DNA of 64,000 bases. It comes from a virus. Taxonomy: Duplodnaviria > Caudoviricetes. Under the pieces are notes generated by a model that was not told where the DNA came from, searched no databases, and was given only the letters and a program-made list of their open reading frames with translations. The translations under genes and the position numbers were made by a program. How positions within the stretch are numbered: the first letter of the stretch is position 1; each line of letters opens with the position of its first letter. The DNA is taken from positions 32,001-96,000 of the IMG/VR virus record IMGVR_UViG_3300027804_000038; one strand, 5' to 3'. Below are positions 17,729 to 25,927 of the stretch, piece after piece.

Positions 17729-17737
17729 GGGGTTTTT
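17712..17737. terminator. Bidirectional terminator between the peptidase gene and tmRNA
   Basis: aaaaacccctt-aaat-aaggggttttt. Confidence 0.85.
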
Positions 17738-17740
17738 AAT

Positions 17741-18133
17741 TGGTGGAGATGCTGGGGCTCGAACCCAGGTCCAAAAAAGTTTACCATAAAACACTACACG
17801 TTTAGGTCATTGTTTTTCTAAACAATCCGAAACTTCACAATTCCCTTATTTTATAGTGGTTCGGTTTACTGAGAACTAATCTTCCACTTGTTTCTTTTCG
17901 GGTAGAAACCACACCTTTGTAAAGACTTCTGTTGCAAGGTTATATGTCCACCGACCCCTTAGTAGGTTAATCCCAGATTAAGCTACAGATACTTCTTCAG
18001 TACGGATAAGACCGATAGTCTGAAGTTTGTTGATAACGTTGCCGTTTATAGTTCAAGCCAGTTATACAGGGTTAGCTTAGCCCCGACATGCGTTTTATGA
18101 CAAATCATCTCTGTCAAATCCAAAAACATCCCC
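17741..18133 (-). ncRNA. ssrA: tmRNA (393 nt)
   Basis: 5' GGGGATG pairs with 3' CATCTCC-ACCA with a G3:U alanyl determinant; GGATTTGACAG D-like motif; T arm CTGGG-TTCGAGC-CCCAG; pk1-like region followed by TAAAC-GGC resume context. Confidence 0.95.
17978..18043 (-). other. tmRNA tag reading frame GNVINKLQTIGLIRTEEVSVA* (21 codons)
   Basis: GGC resume codon after TATAAAC, open to TAA at 17980-17978; codons (AAC, ATC, CGT, GGT) match the highly expressed capsid gene set. Confidence 0.8.
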
Positions 18134-18160
18134 AAATATCAAAGAACTACGTTACAAAGA

Positions 18161-18168
18161 TATAAATA
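18161..18168 (-). promoter_or_regulatory. TATTTATA box upstream of tmRNA
   Basis: tataaata on the + strand, 27 nt upstream of the mature tmRNA 5' end; a second box (18187-18194, +) faces ORF 18209. Confidence 0.5.
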
Positions 18169-18208
18169 GTTTAATGATGTTACAAGTATTTATAAAAAAA
18201 ACTTTTTA

Positions 18209-19270
18209 ATGTCTTTATATAAAGCTCTTATAGAATTCCGTGATAATGAAACAAACCCTGTTTGGGTTAAAGAAGCAGATTACGATGGAATTATAACCAT
18301 AAAAAAAGTATCAAGTAAAAGTAGAGGAAAATCTTTGGTGATATTAAAATTTTCAGGTAATGAATACTTTGATTTATTTAGACCTGGAGATGACGGGTAT
18401 ACTAATAATGATTATTTGTTTAGTGTTGTATTTGATAGGTATTATAGATATGACTATGTTTTTATGGACTCATACAGTTCTGACGAAGAATTTAGATATG
18501 GTGGAATATATCATCTAAATGATGTTAATTTATCAATGTTAAAAGAATGTGTATTAATTATGAATCCTTCATTTGATAAAACAACACAAGACTTAGAATT
18601 TTGGGCTCTTGAATTTATTAAATTGTTTGAGTCTGAGTCCGACGAGATTGGTGCAGATTACATTAATGAGTATGACGAAGCATTGGTTACAGGTTTAAAA
18701 GAATATCTTTTGCAAAAAGTATGTGGAGTATTTGATACTTATGGTATTTTTGAAAGTAAATGTGGTTATGAATATTTTACAACAGTTAATGATATTATTA
18801 AAATTTGGGATGAATCTGGTGCTAACGAAAACGATAAGTTTCTTGATATGATTAAAAAATTTATTAAAAATAAAGATTTAGAAATTGATGATGATTTGTT
18901 TGAAGACTATCACTCATATTTTGATAGTAGAAATTTTGATTCGGATGCGTACAATAGAAATTCTGAAAGGATTTTAGACTCATTAAAAGATAGACTTTTG
19001 GAGGAAGATGAATTAGGGTTTATTGAAAAAAATAGAGAGATTTTAAGATTTTTAGATAAATTAGGAATTAAGGTAGATACGTTTCATAGTTTCCCAAAAG
19101 AAAAATCATTTGGTTCAAAATACGGTAAAATATTTAGGGTTAGAAAAATTGAAAACGGGTTACTTACCGTTCAAATAAAAAAACAAGGAGGGAATTATGA
19201 AACAGAACAATTTAAAATACCTCTTGATGAATTTAAAAAATTATTATATAATCCTGAATTATTTGACTAA
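18209..19270 (+). CDS. Acidic/aromatic hypothetical protein
   Basis: 353-aa ORF, no recognisable motif. Confidence 0.75.
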   Translation: MSLYKALIEFRDNETNPVWVKEADYDGIITIKKVSSKSRGKSLVILKFSGNEYFDLFRPGDDGYTNNDYLFSVVFDRYYRYDYVFMDSYSSDEEFRYGGIYHLNDVNLSMLKECVLIMNPSFDKTTQDLEFWALEFIKLFESESDEIGADYINEYDEALVTGLKEYLLQKVCGVFDTYGIFESKCGYEYFTTVNDIIKIWDESGANENDKFLDMIKKFIKNKDLEIDDDLFEDYHSYFDSRNFDSDAYNRNSERILDSLKDRLLEEDELGFIEKNREILRFLDKLGIKVDTFHSFPKEKSFGSKYGKIFRVRKIENGLLTVQIKKQGGNYETEQFKIPLDEFKKLLYNPELFD

Positions 19271-19277
19271 TTTTTAC

Positions 19278-19285
19278 TATATTTG
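19278..19285 (+). promoter_or_regulatory. Bacteroidota-type -7 promoter box TATATTTG
   Basis: TAnnTTTG match 17 nt upstream of the peptidase ATG. Confidence 0.5.
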
Positions 19286-19302
19286 TAGGATAATTAAAAA
19301 AA

Positions 19303-20115
19303 ATGAAAAATTTAGATTTCTTTAAAAGACTTTTATCGGTACCAACACACACTTATCAGGAAGATAAAATGATTGATTTCTTGTCTGAACATTTAAAAAA
19401 TCGTGGATACGACTTTTTTATTGATGACATGGGTTCAATTTATGTAACCAAAGGAGAATTATCTGAAGGCGAATATTACCCATGTGTTGTTTCACATACC
19501 GACACAGTACATAAATTAGACACAATTAATGTAATTGAAGAAATTCTACCAAATTCGAAGGGAGAAGATTCCTTATGTTTAAAGGCCTATAACGATTTTG
19601 ACGAACCAACTGGTATTGGTGGTGATGATAAAAATGGTGTATTCGCTTGTCTTGAAATATTGGATAAATTTGAAGTTATTAAAGCTGCCTTTTTTGTGTC
19701 TGAAGAAACTGGATGTCACGGCTCAAAAAATGCCAATGACGAATTTTTTGAAAATGTTGGTTACGTTATAGAGTTTGATGCCCCTTCTGATTACATGGTT
19801 ACTGAGTATTGTTACGGTGTGAAAATGTTTGAGAAAGAGTCTGAATTTTTTAAAACTGCTGACAAAATCCTAAATGAATGTATGTTGTCCGAACCAAAAT
19901 ATATGGTTCATCCTTATACAGATGTGTTCGCATTAAAGAAAAAATATGATTTCGCATGTATTAATTTTTCAATCGGATATCATAACTATCACACTAAAAA
20001 TGAATACGTTTGTATTGAAGAAGTTGAGGCAGGAATTAAAGCTGGTGAAAATCTAATCTCTTCCCTTGGCAAGGTTAAGCATATAATGAATCATCCTTCG
20101 ATGATTAACTTTTAA
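19303..20115 (+). CDS. Co-catalytic Zn aminopeptidase-like protein (M28/M42/M20 clan)
   Basis: SHTDTV, GGDDKNG, SEETG, EFDAP, GYHNYHT metal-ligand motifs. Confidence 0.85.
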   Translation: MKNLDFFKRLLSVPTHTYQEDKMIDFLSEHLKNRGYDFFIDDMGSIYVTKGELSEGEYYPCVVSHTDTVHKLDTINVIEEILPNSKGEDSLCLKAYNDFDEPTGIGGDDKNGVFACLEILDKFEVIKAAFFVSEETGCHGSKNANDEFFENVGYVIEFDAPSDYMVTEYCYGVKMFEKESEFFKTADKILNECMLSEPKYMVHPYTDVFALKKKYDFACINFSIGYHNYHTKNEYVCIEEVEAGIKAGENLISSLGKVKHIMNHPSMINF

Positions 20116-20120
20116 AAAAA

Positions 20121-20141
20121 AAGGGGGATTTATTCCCCCTT
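20121..20141. terminator. Bidirectional terminator between convergent peptidase and clpC
   Basis: aaggggga-tttat-tccccctt with A and T tracts on each side. Confidence 0.8.
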
Positions 20142-22175
20142 TTTCTTTCTTACCCTTGGTTTCTTTTCTGACGTTATTTCTTCATACAAAACAGATTCAC
20201 CATCTATTTTTATTAAATATTTTTTGTCAGTAACTATATTTGTTTTTAAAACTTCATCCGATATAAAATCTTCAATTTTTTCTTGTATTGCTCGTTTCAG
20301 AGGTCTGGCACCATAAACCTCATCAAAACCGACTTTAGAAATAAATTCAATAACACTCTCATCAAACTCTACAAAATATTTGATGAGTTCTAATCTAGAT
20401 TTAAGTTTATCAATCTCAACATTAACAATTTTCTTAACATCTTCATCTTTTAAAGTATTGAAAACAATAACTTCATCAATCCTGTTAATAAATTCAGGTG
20501 CAAAATAATTTTTAAGTTCTTTAGTTAACATTGATTTTTTAACTTCTTGGTCAGTGTAAACATTATTTGTTTTACCAAACCCAATACCTGCACCAAAATC
20601 TTGCATTTTCTTCACCCCAATATTTGATGTCATAATTATTAGACAGTTTTTAAAATTAATTTTTCTTCCAAAACTATCTGTCATATATCCTTCATCTAAG
20701 AGTTGTAAAAGAGATGAAAAAATATCTTTATGGGCCTTTTCAATTTCATCAAATAATACTACAGAATAAGGTTTAGTCTTAACCTGTTCGGTAAGTTGAC
20801 CTCCTTCTTCATAGCCGACATAACCTGGAGGTGAACCAATTAGTCTTGAAACTGAATGTTTCTCTTGAAACTCACTCATGTCAACTCTTATTAGATTCTC
20901 GTCACTTCCAAATATTTGTTTAGCAAGTTCTTTAGCCAATAAGGTCTTACCGACACCAGTCGACCCTAAAAATATAAACGAACCAATTGGTTTGTTAGGG
21001 TCTTTAATACCTAATCTATTTCTACGTATTGACTTTGCAATTATTGTGATTGCTTCGGATTGACCAATAACCGAATTAGTTAAAGTTTCTTCCAAGTTAA
21101 TCAACGCTCTTGAGTCGTCAACTGAAAGTTTTGTAATTGGTATTTTAGTCATATTTGATACAACTTCATAAACTAAATCAATTACAATTGACTGTCTTTT
21201 TGTTTTTAATTCCTCCTCAAATTTTTGTTTTTCAGATTCTAATTGGCTTAGAATCTTTTTTTCTCTGTCTCTTAGTTGTGCGGCCATTTCATAATTTTGT
21301 TTTTTCACAACCAAAAGTTTGTCTTCTCGTATTTTAGCCGACTCTCTTTTTAGTTCGTCGATAATCTCAGGATGTTTAACATCAACTTGAGCTCTCGCAC
21401 CTACTTCATCTAAAATATCAAATGCTTTATCAGGGAACTCTCTATCAGTAATGTATCTATCGGCCAATTCAACACATGTTGATAGGATTTCATCAGTATA
21501 CGTTACTTTATGATGATTTTCATATTTTTCTTTAACATTCTTTAGTATTTGTAGAGTTTCTTCTTTTGTTGAAGGTGAAACAATAACTTTTTGAAACCTT
21601 CTATCTAACGCCCCATCCTTTTCTATATTTTTTTTAAACTCATCTAAGGTAGTTGCTCCAATACATTGAATTTCTCCTCTTGATAGTGCGGGTTTCAATA
21701 TATTAGATGCGTCTAACGAACCCGAAGCGTTACCCGCCCCAACTAAAGTGTGAATTTCATCGATAAAAAGTATAACATCTGGACTATTCTGTATTTCTTC
21801 CAAGATAACCTTTAACCTTTCTTCAAATTGACCACGGTATTTTGTTCCTGCAACTATTGAGTTTAAATCTAAAGATAAAATTCTTTTGTCAACTAAACTT
21901 CTAGGACAATCCCCATCAAAAATTTTCATGGCCAAACCTTCAACTATTGCTGTCTTACCACAACCAGGTTCTCCTATTATAATTGGATTATTTTTTTTCC
22001 TTCTCGATAAAATTTGAGCAATTCTTAGAATTTCGGACTCTCTGCCAACTACAGGGTCTAACTTACCTTCCTCAGCGAGTTTAATTAAATCTCTAGAAAA
22101 ATTATCTAAAACAGGAGTTTTCGATTCCGTTGATTTTGGTCTTTCTTTTTTTCCTTCGTCCATTGAATCTGTCAT
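20130..22175 (-). CDS. clpC: ClpC-type AAA+ unfoldase lacking the N-terminal Clp-repeat domain
   Basis: Starts at LDNFSRDL...LDPVVGR; two Walker A/B sets (GEPGCGKT/LFIDE; GSTGVGKT/VLFDE); UVR coil QNYEMAAQLRD; ClpP-docking IGF loop (GIGFG). Confidence 0.92.
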   Translation of the reverse strand: MTDSMDEGKKERPKSTESKTPVLDNFSRDLIKLAEEGKLDPVVGRESEILRIAQILSRRKKNNPIIIGEPGCGKTAIVEGLAMKIFDGDCPRSLVDKRILSLDLNSIVAGTKYRGQFEERLKVILEEIQNSPDVILFIDEIHTLVGAGNASGSLDASNILKPALSRGEIQCIGATTLDEFKKNIEKDGALDRRFQKVIVSPSTKEETLQILKNVKEKYENHHKVTYTDEILSTCVELADRYITDREFPDKAFDILDEVGARAQVDVKHPEIIDELKRESAKIREDKLLVVKKQNYEMAAQLRDREKKILSQLESEKQKFEEELKTKRQSIVIDLVYEVVSNMTKIPITKLSVDDSRALINLEETLTNSVIGQSEAITIIAKSIRRNRLGIKDPNKPIGSFIFLGSTGVGKTLLAKELAKQIFGSDENLIRVDMSEFQEKHSVSRLIGSPPGYVGYEEGGQLTEQVKTKPYSVVLFDEIEKAHKDIFSSLLQLLDEGYMTDSFGRKINFKNCLIIMTSNIGVKKMQDFGAGIGFGKTNNVYTDQEVKKSMLTKELKNYFAPEFINRIDEVIVFNTLKDEDVKKIVNVEIDKLKSRLELIKYFVEFDESVIEFISKVGFDEVYGARPLKRAIQEKIEDFISDEVLKTNIVTDKKYLIKIDGESVLYEEITSEKKPRVRKKKGE

Positions 22176-22277
22176 AATGTAATATTTTTAATAAATTTAA
22201 TCACAACATTAGATTATTTCAATAGAATTTTAAATTCATATTAGTTACTTTTTATTATAAAATTTTATTAATTAGAT

Positions 22278-22520
22278 ATGGCAATACTAAGTGAAACAAT
22301 TAACGGAACAAAAATTATTAACAAAATTGAGTCTTCAAATTTGGCTGAAACTGAATATGATACATCAACTAAAAAACTTGTAGTCGAGTTTAAAAATGGT
22401 CATAAATATGAATATGACGATGTACCTCATCAGTTGTACACTCAGTTTAGATTATCTGAATCTCATGGAAGTTTTTTTAATAAAAATATTGCAAAAACTT
22501 ACAAATATAAAAAGTTATAA
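22278..22520 (+). CDS. KTSC domain protein
   Basis: SSNL..EYD...L.VEFKNG..YEY.DVP..Y......S.GSFFN.NI...Y pattern. Confidence 0.9.
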   Translation: MAILSETINGTKIINKIESSNLAETEYDTSTKKLVVEFKNGHKYEYDDVPHQLYTQFRLSESHGSFFNKNIAKTYKYKKL

Positions 22521-22540
22521 TTTTTGAAGTATTTATTATC

Positions 22541-23263
22541 GTGAGTGATAATAACATAATTAAAAGTTTTTTTTCTAAAGAATCTCTAAACTCTCAGATT
22601 TGGGATAAAGATGATTTGCTCAATCAAGAAGTTAGAGTTAAGCTTTTGGAAATTTCTAACGAATTTATTAATTTTTTATCAGTACCAATAGTTGTTGAAG
22701 ATATTATATTTACTGGTTCTTTAGCAAATTATAATTGGAGCGAATACTCGGATATTGATTTACATATTGTTGCTGATTTTTCTCAGTTTCCCGAAGATAT
22801 TTTAGAGTTATACCAAGAGTTATTTAAAGTAAAAAAAACAATTTTTAATACTGAACATAATATCAAAATATATGAGTATGAGGTTGAACTTTATGTTCAA
22901 AATGCATCAGAAGCTCATTTTAGTACAGGTGTTTATTCTGTTTTATATGATAAGTGGTTAGAAAAACCTAAAAAAGAAAAAAATAAATTAGACACTGAAA
23001 TACTAAAAGAAAAAATATCTCATTGGATGTCTATTATAGATACCGTTCTAAAAAATGCTGATGAATCTTCAATTGAAGAGTCTAAAGATTATATAAAAAA
23101 ATTAAAAGATAAGATTAAAAAGTATCGTTCATCTGGTCTAAAAGAAGGTGGTGAATACTCTTATGAAAATTTAGTTTTTAAATATTTGAGACGAAACGGA
23201 TACCTTGATAAGTTATTTAATTTTGAAAAAAAGATTGTCGATAAAGAACTATCTTTAAAGTAA
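22541..23263 (+). CDS. Pol-beta superfamily nucleotidyltransferase
   Basis: GTG start; TGSLANYNWSEYSDIDLHIV (GS-x-DxD) and VELYVQ third-carboxylate strand. Confidence 0.85.
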   Translation: MSDNNIIKSFFSKESLNSQIWDKDDLLNQEVRVKLLEISNEFINFLSVPIVVEDIIFTGSLANYNWSEYSDIDLHIVADFSQFPEDILELYQELFKVKKTIFNTEHNIKIYEYEVELYVQNASEAHFSTGVYSVLYDKWLEKPKKEKNKLDTEILKEKISHWMSIIDTVLKNADESSIEESKDYIKKLKDKIKKYRSSGLKEGGEYSYENLVFKYLRRNGYLDKLFNFEKKIVDKELSLK

Positions 23264-23331
23264 GTTTTCAATTTAATCAATTAAAATTAAAAAAACATAA
23301 ATATTCGTATATTTATTAGGAAAAAACTGCT

Positions 23332-23508
23332 ATGGCACAAACATCTGCTGGAACTTATACATATGTTGTAATAAATGCTTCTTCAGGAACATGTGGAAGT
23401 TGTACTTCAACATTACAACCTCACCCAACATATTCTGATTTAACAGGTGGTACAGTAGTACAGTTGCAAGCAATCACCTTAGGTGGATTTAACGGATTAA
23501 ACAATTAA
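23332..23508 (+). CDS. 58-aa Thr/Gly-rich small protein, probably structural (missed by the ORF track)
   Basis: MAQTSAGTYTYVVINASSGTCGSCTSTLQPHPTYSDLTGGTVVQLQAITLGGFNGLNN*; TATTTAT box upstream; fills an intergenic gap. Confidence 0.75.
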   Translation: MAQTSAGTYTYVVINASSGTCGSCTSTLQPHPTYSDLTGGTVVQLQAITLGGFNGLNN

Positions 23509-23523
23509 TTAAAAGATAAAAAA

Positions 23524-24792
23524 ATGAGTGGATTAAAACCAGTTGGAAGTGAAAAACTTCAAGGGGATGACAAAATAAAAAGAATTCTTGAAATCGCAAG
23601 ATATAAAGAAAACATCCCTAACTCTATTAATGAAAGTAACAGAAATGAATATAAAACCAAATTGGTTGACGGTAATGTTTATTTCATAACCAAAGAAAAA
23701 ATGGGTTACGTAATAAAAAAAGGATTAAACGAATCAACGTCTGATTATATTGATTCCATGAAAAATAGAGTTCATTATAATTCGTACTCAGAAGCTCTTA
23801 AAAAATTAAATTTAATTGCCGCTGAACTAAATAGACTTAATAATGTTAACGAAGGTATTTCTTTATTCACTGAGGATAAAAAATATTTTTTAAAAACTCC
23901 AAAAACATCAATGGAACAAGCTGAACCCTCTGTTGACGATGTTCCTCCACCATCTCCTGAAATGGGAGCGGAACCAACTACTGATGAAACACCCGCCCCT
24001 CCAGCACCATCTCCTGAAGGAGAAGGTCCTATTGAACCTGAAATGCCTGAGGAACCAGCGGACGCTCCTGACATGGAATCAGACATGAATGATGAAGGTG
24101 AATCAGATATGGACGTTAGTTTTAAAACAATTCAAAAACTAACAGGTAAGTTAGCTCAAAAAATTAGAGACTTTAAAGATAAGGATGAAGAAATTTCATC
24201 TAAGGACGCTAAGTATGTTGTAAATTCTATACTATCCGCAATCATGGATAATTTAGAAGATGATGATAAAGAAGATATAATCACTAAATTAGAAGGTGAA
24301 GAAGAATCCGATTACGGTATGGAACCATCTAATGATGAAGAACCCGAAATGGATGTAGATTCAGTTGAATCTGAAGTTGAGACTGAAGAAGAACCTGCCG
24401 TTGAACCTGAAGGAGAAATGGGAGAGACATACAGACACGAAATGGAAGAAGAAGATGTTAATGAAAAATTTGTGTCTTCAGTTATGGACAAAATATTTAG
24501 TGAGTCTAAAGTAGATAAAGTTCTTTCAAAATATTTTGTTATAAATGAGAACGAAAAAAAGTTCAAAAAACAAAAAGAAGTTCAAAAGAAAAAAATATTA
24601 GAACATAAATCTAAATCAGATACTAAAAATATTTTAAATTTATCAGTTACTGAAGAACAAAAAATGGTTGCTGAAAATATTATAGTTACTTTTCCTGAAA
24701 TTAAGTTTATTGGAAAAACAAATAAAAATAATTTAGTATTTGAACACAATAACAAACAACTTAAAGTATCACCAAAAGGTGATTTATTATGA
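23524..24792 (+). CDS. Acidic, Pro-rich putative head-core protein
   Basis: 422 aa; multiple INE/LNE/FTE sites, long disordered E/D/P linker. Confidence 0.75.
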   Translation: MSGLKPVGSEKLQGDDKIKRILEIARYKENIPNSINESNRNEYKTKLVDGNVYFITKEKMGYVIKKGLNESTSDYIDSMKNRVHYNSYSEALKKLNLIAAELNRLNNVNEGISLFTEDKKYFLKTPKTSMEQAEPSVDDVPPPSPEMGAEPTTDETPAPPAPSPEGEGPIEPEMPEEPADAPDMESDMNDEGESDMDVSFKTIQKLTGKLAQKIRDFKDKDEEISSKDAKYVVNSILSAIMDNLEDDDKEDIITKLEGEEESDYGMEPSNDEEPEMDVDSVESEVETEEEPAVEPEGEMGETYRHEMEEEDVNEKFVSSVMDKIFSESKVDKVLSKYFVINENEKKFKKQKEVQKKKILEHKSKSDTKNILNLSVTEEQKMVAENIIVTFPEIKFIGKTNKNNLVFEHNNKQLKVSPKGDLL

Positions 24793-25226
24793 GTTATTTA
24801 GTTTTTGTAAACGGATTAGGACCAAACTACAAAGGAAATAAAATTTATGAATTTGTATTTTCAAGTAGTTTAGATGTATGGGGAGATGATTGGGACAGCG
24901 AGCCAGCTAACGGTAACCCAACTTCACCAAGTACAGAATATATTAAAAAGGTAGGAGTTTTGAACAGGGAGGGGATAGACCTCGAACTTATCCAAAACTC
25001 CGATTTTTTTTCAATGAAGGACGGTGTAGACAGAGTTGTCGCACTTGGGTGGGAAAGTGATAAAGATATTGATAATAGACTTGTTTTCCATTATGGTGAT
25101 ACTGAAGAACAGGTAAAAAATAAATTGTACGAAAAAGACATAATTTTAGAATTTTATAATGAATTTGAAAATGAAACCAAGTCACAAAAGAAAAATACAA
25201 GAAATGTTAAAAATGGGGTTCAGTAA
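24789..25226 (+). CDS. Hypothetical protein
   Basis: 145 aa, ATGA-coupled to the previous gene. Confidence 0.75.
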   Translation: MSYLVFVNGLGPNYKGNKIYEFVFSSSLDVWGDDWDSEPANGNPTSPSTEYIKKVGVLNREGIDLELIQNSDFFSMKDGVDRVVALGWESDKDIDNRLVFHYGDTEEQVKNKLYEKDIILEFYNEFENETKSQKKNTRNVKNGVQ

Positions 25227-25920
25227 TAAAACCTTATCTTTAATGACAGAATCACAAGTAACGATTCTTCTTGAAAAATTAAAAAAATCAGAAAATAAAG
25301 AGGAAGTTAAACAAGTCCAAAAAACTTCATTTGAAATACAAGGAGATGGTTCAGGAATGTTACCTCCAAATCCTAAAGGATATAACTTAACCTCTAAGGG
25401 AGGTAAAACAGTCGCAACTCCAATGGAGGAAAACAAGAAAAAGTCTAAAAAGAGTAAAAACCCTTGGGCTATATGTACTTCATCATTAGGACTTGAAGGT
25501 AAGAAAAAAGATGACTATACTAAAAAAGAGAAAAGTAATTTTGAAAAATGTGTGTTAGGCGTTAAAGAAAAAATTAACGAGGGTAAAAATCCTGTTGAGT
25601 ATATTATTGAGGCAAAAATGGAGCAATTAATTGAGAAACATTTATCACCTAAAATTACAAAAAGTGAAATGTTAAAATTAATAGAAGAAAAAAAGAAATT
25701 AAATTTACCAATAGGTAAAATAACATCTATGTCTAAATCATTAGGTGAAGACACTAAGACAGCACCAGCACCTGTAAAGACTCCGACAACTACCCCTAAA
25801 AAAACTCCATCAACACCATTCAGACCAAAACCTGGAACACAACCTAAACCAAAGGCAGGTAAAAAGAGACTTCCTGATTTTTTAAAATTTGACGAATTAA
25901 ATATTAAATTCAAAGACTAA
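25174..25920 (+). CDS. Basic hypothetical head-associated protein
   Basis: Likely start MKPSHK at 25174; KNPWAIC...KCV module; P/T/K-rich tail. Confidence 0.7.
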   Translation, partial: KPSHKRKIQEMLKMGFSNKTLSLMTESQVTILLEKLKKSENKEEVKQVQKTSFEIQGDGSGMLPPNPKGYNLTSKGGKTVATPMEENKKKSKKSKNPWAICTSSLGLEGKKKDDYTKKEKSNFEKCVLGVKEKINEGKNPVEYIIEAKMEQLIEKHLSPKITKSEMLKLIEEKKKLNLPIGKITSMSKSLGEDTKTAPAPVKTPTTTPKKTPSTPFRPKPGTQPKPKAGKKRLPDFLKFDELNIKFKD

Positions 25921-25927
25921 TATTAAT

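Noticed and set aside
20130-22175. ClpB call or 5'-truncated pseudogene
   Set aside because: Short UVR-type middle domain and IGF loop indicate ClpC. It has an ATG start, intact Walker motifs and a divergent gene immediately upstream, so the missing N-domain looks native.
22541-23263. Nucleotidyltransferase as a CBASS CD-NTase or MNT-HEPN toxin-antitoxin
   Set aside because: No adjacent Cap effector or HEPN gene; the YNW-containing motif fits a stand-alone phage NTase family.
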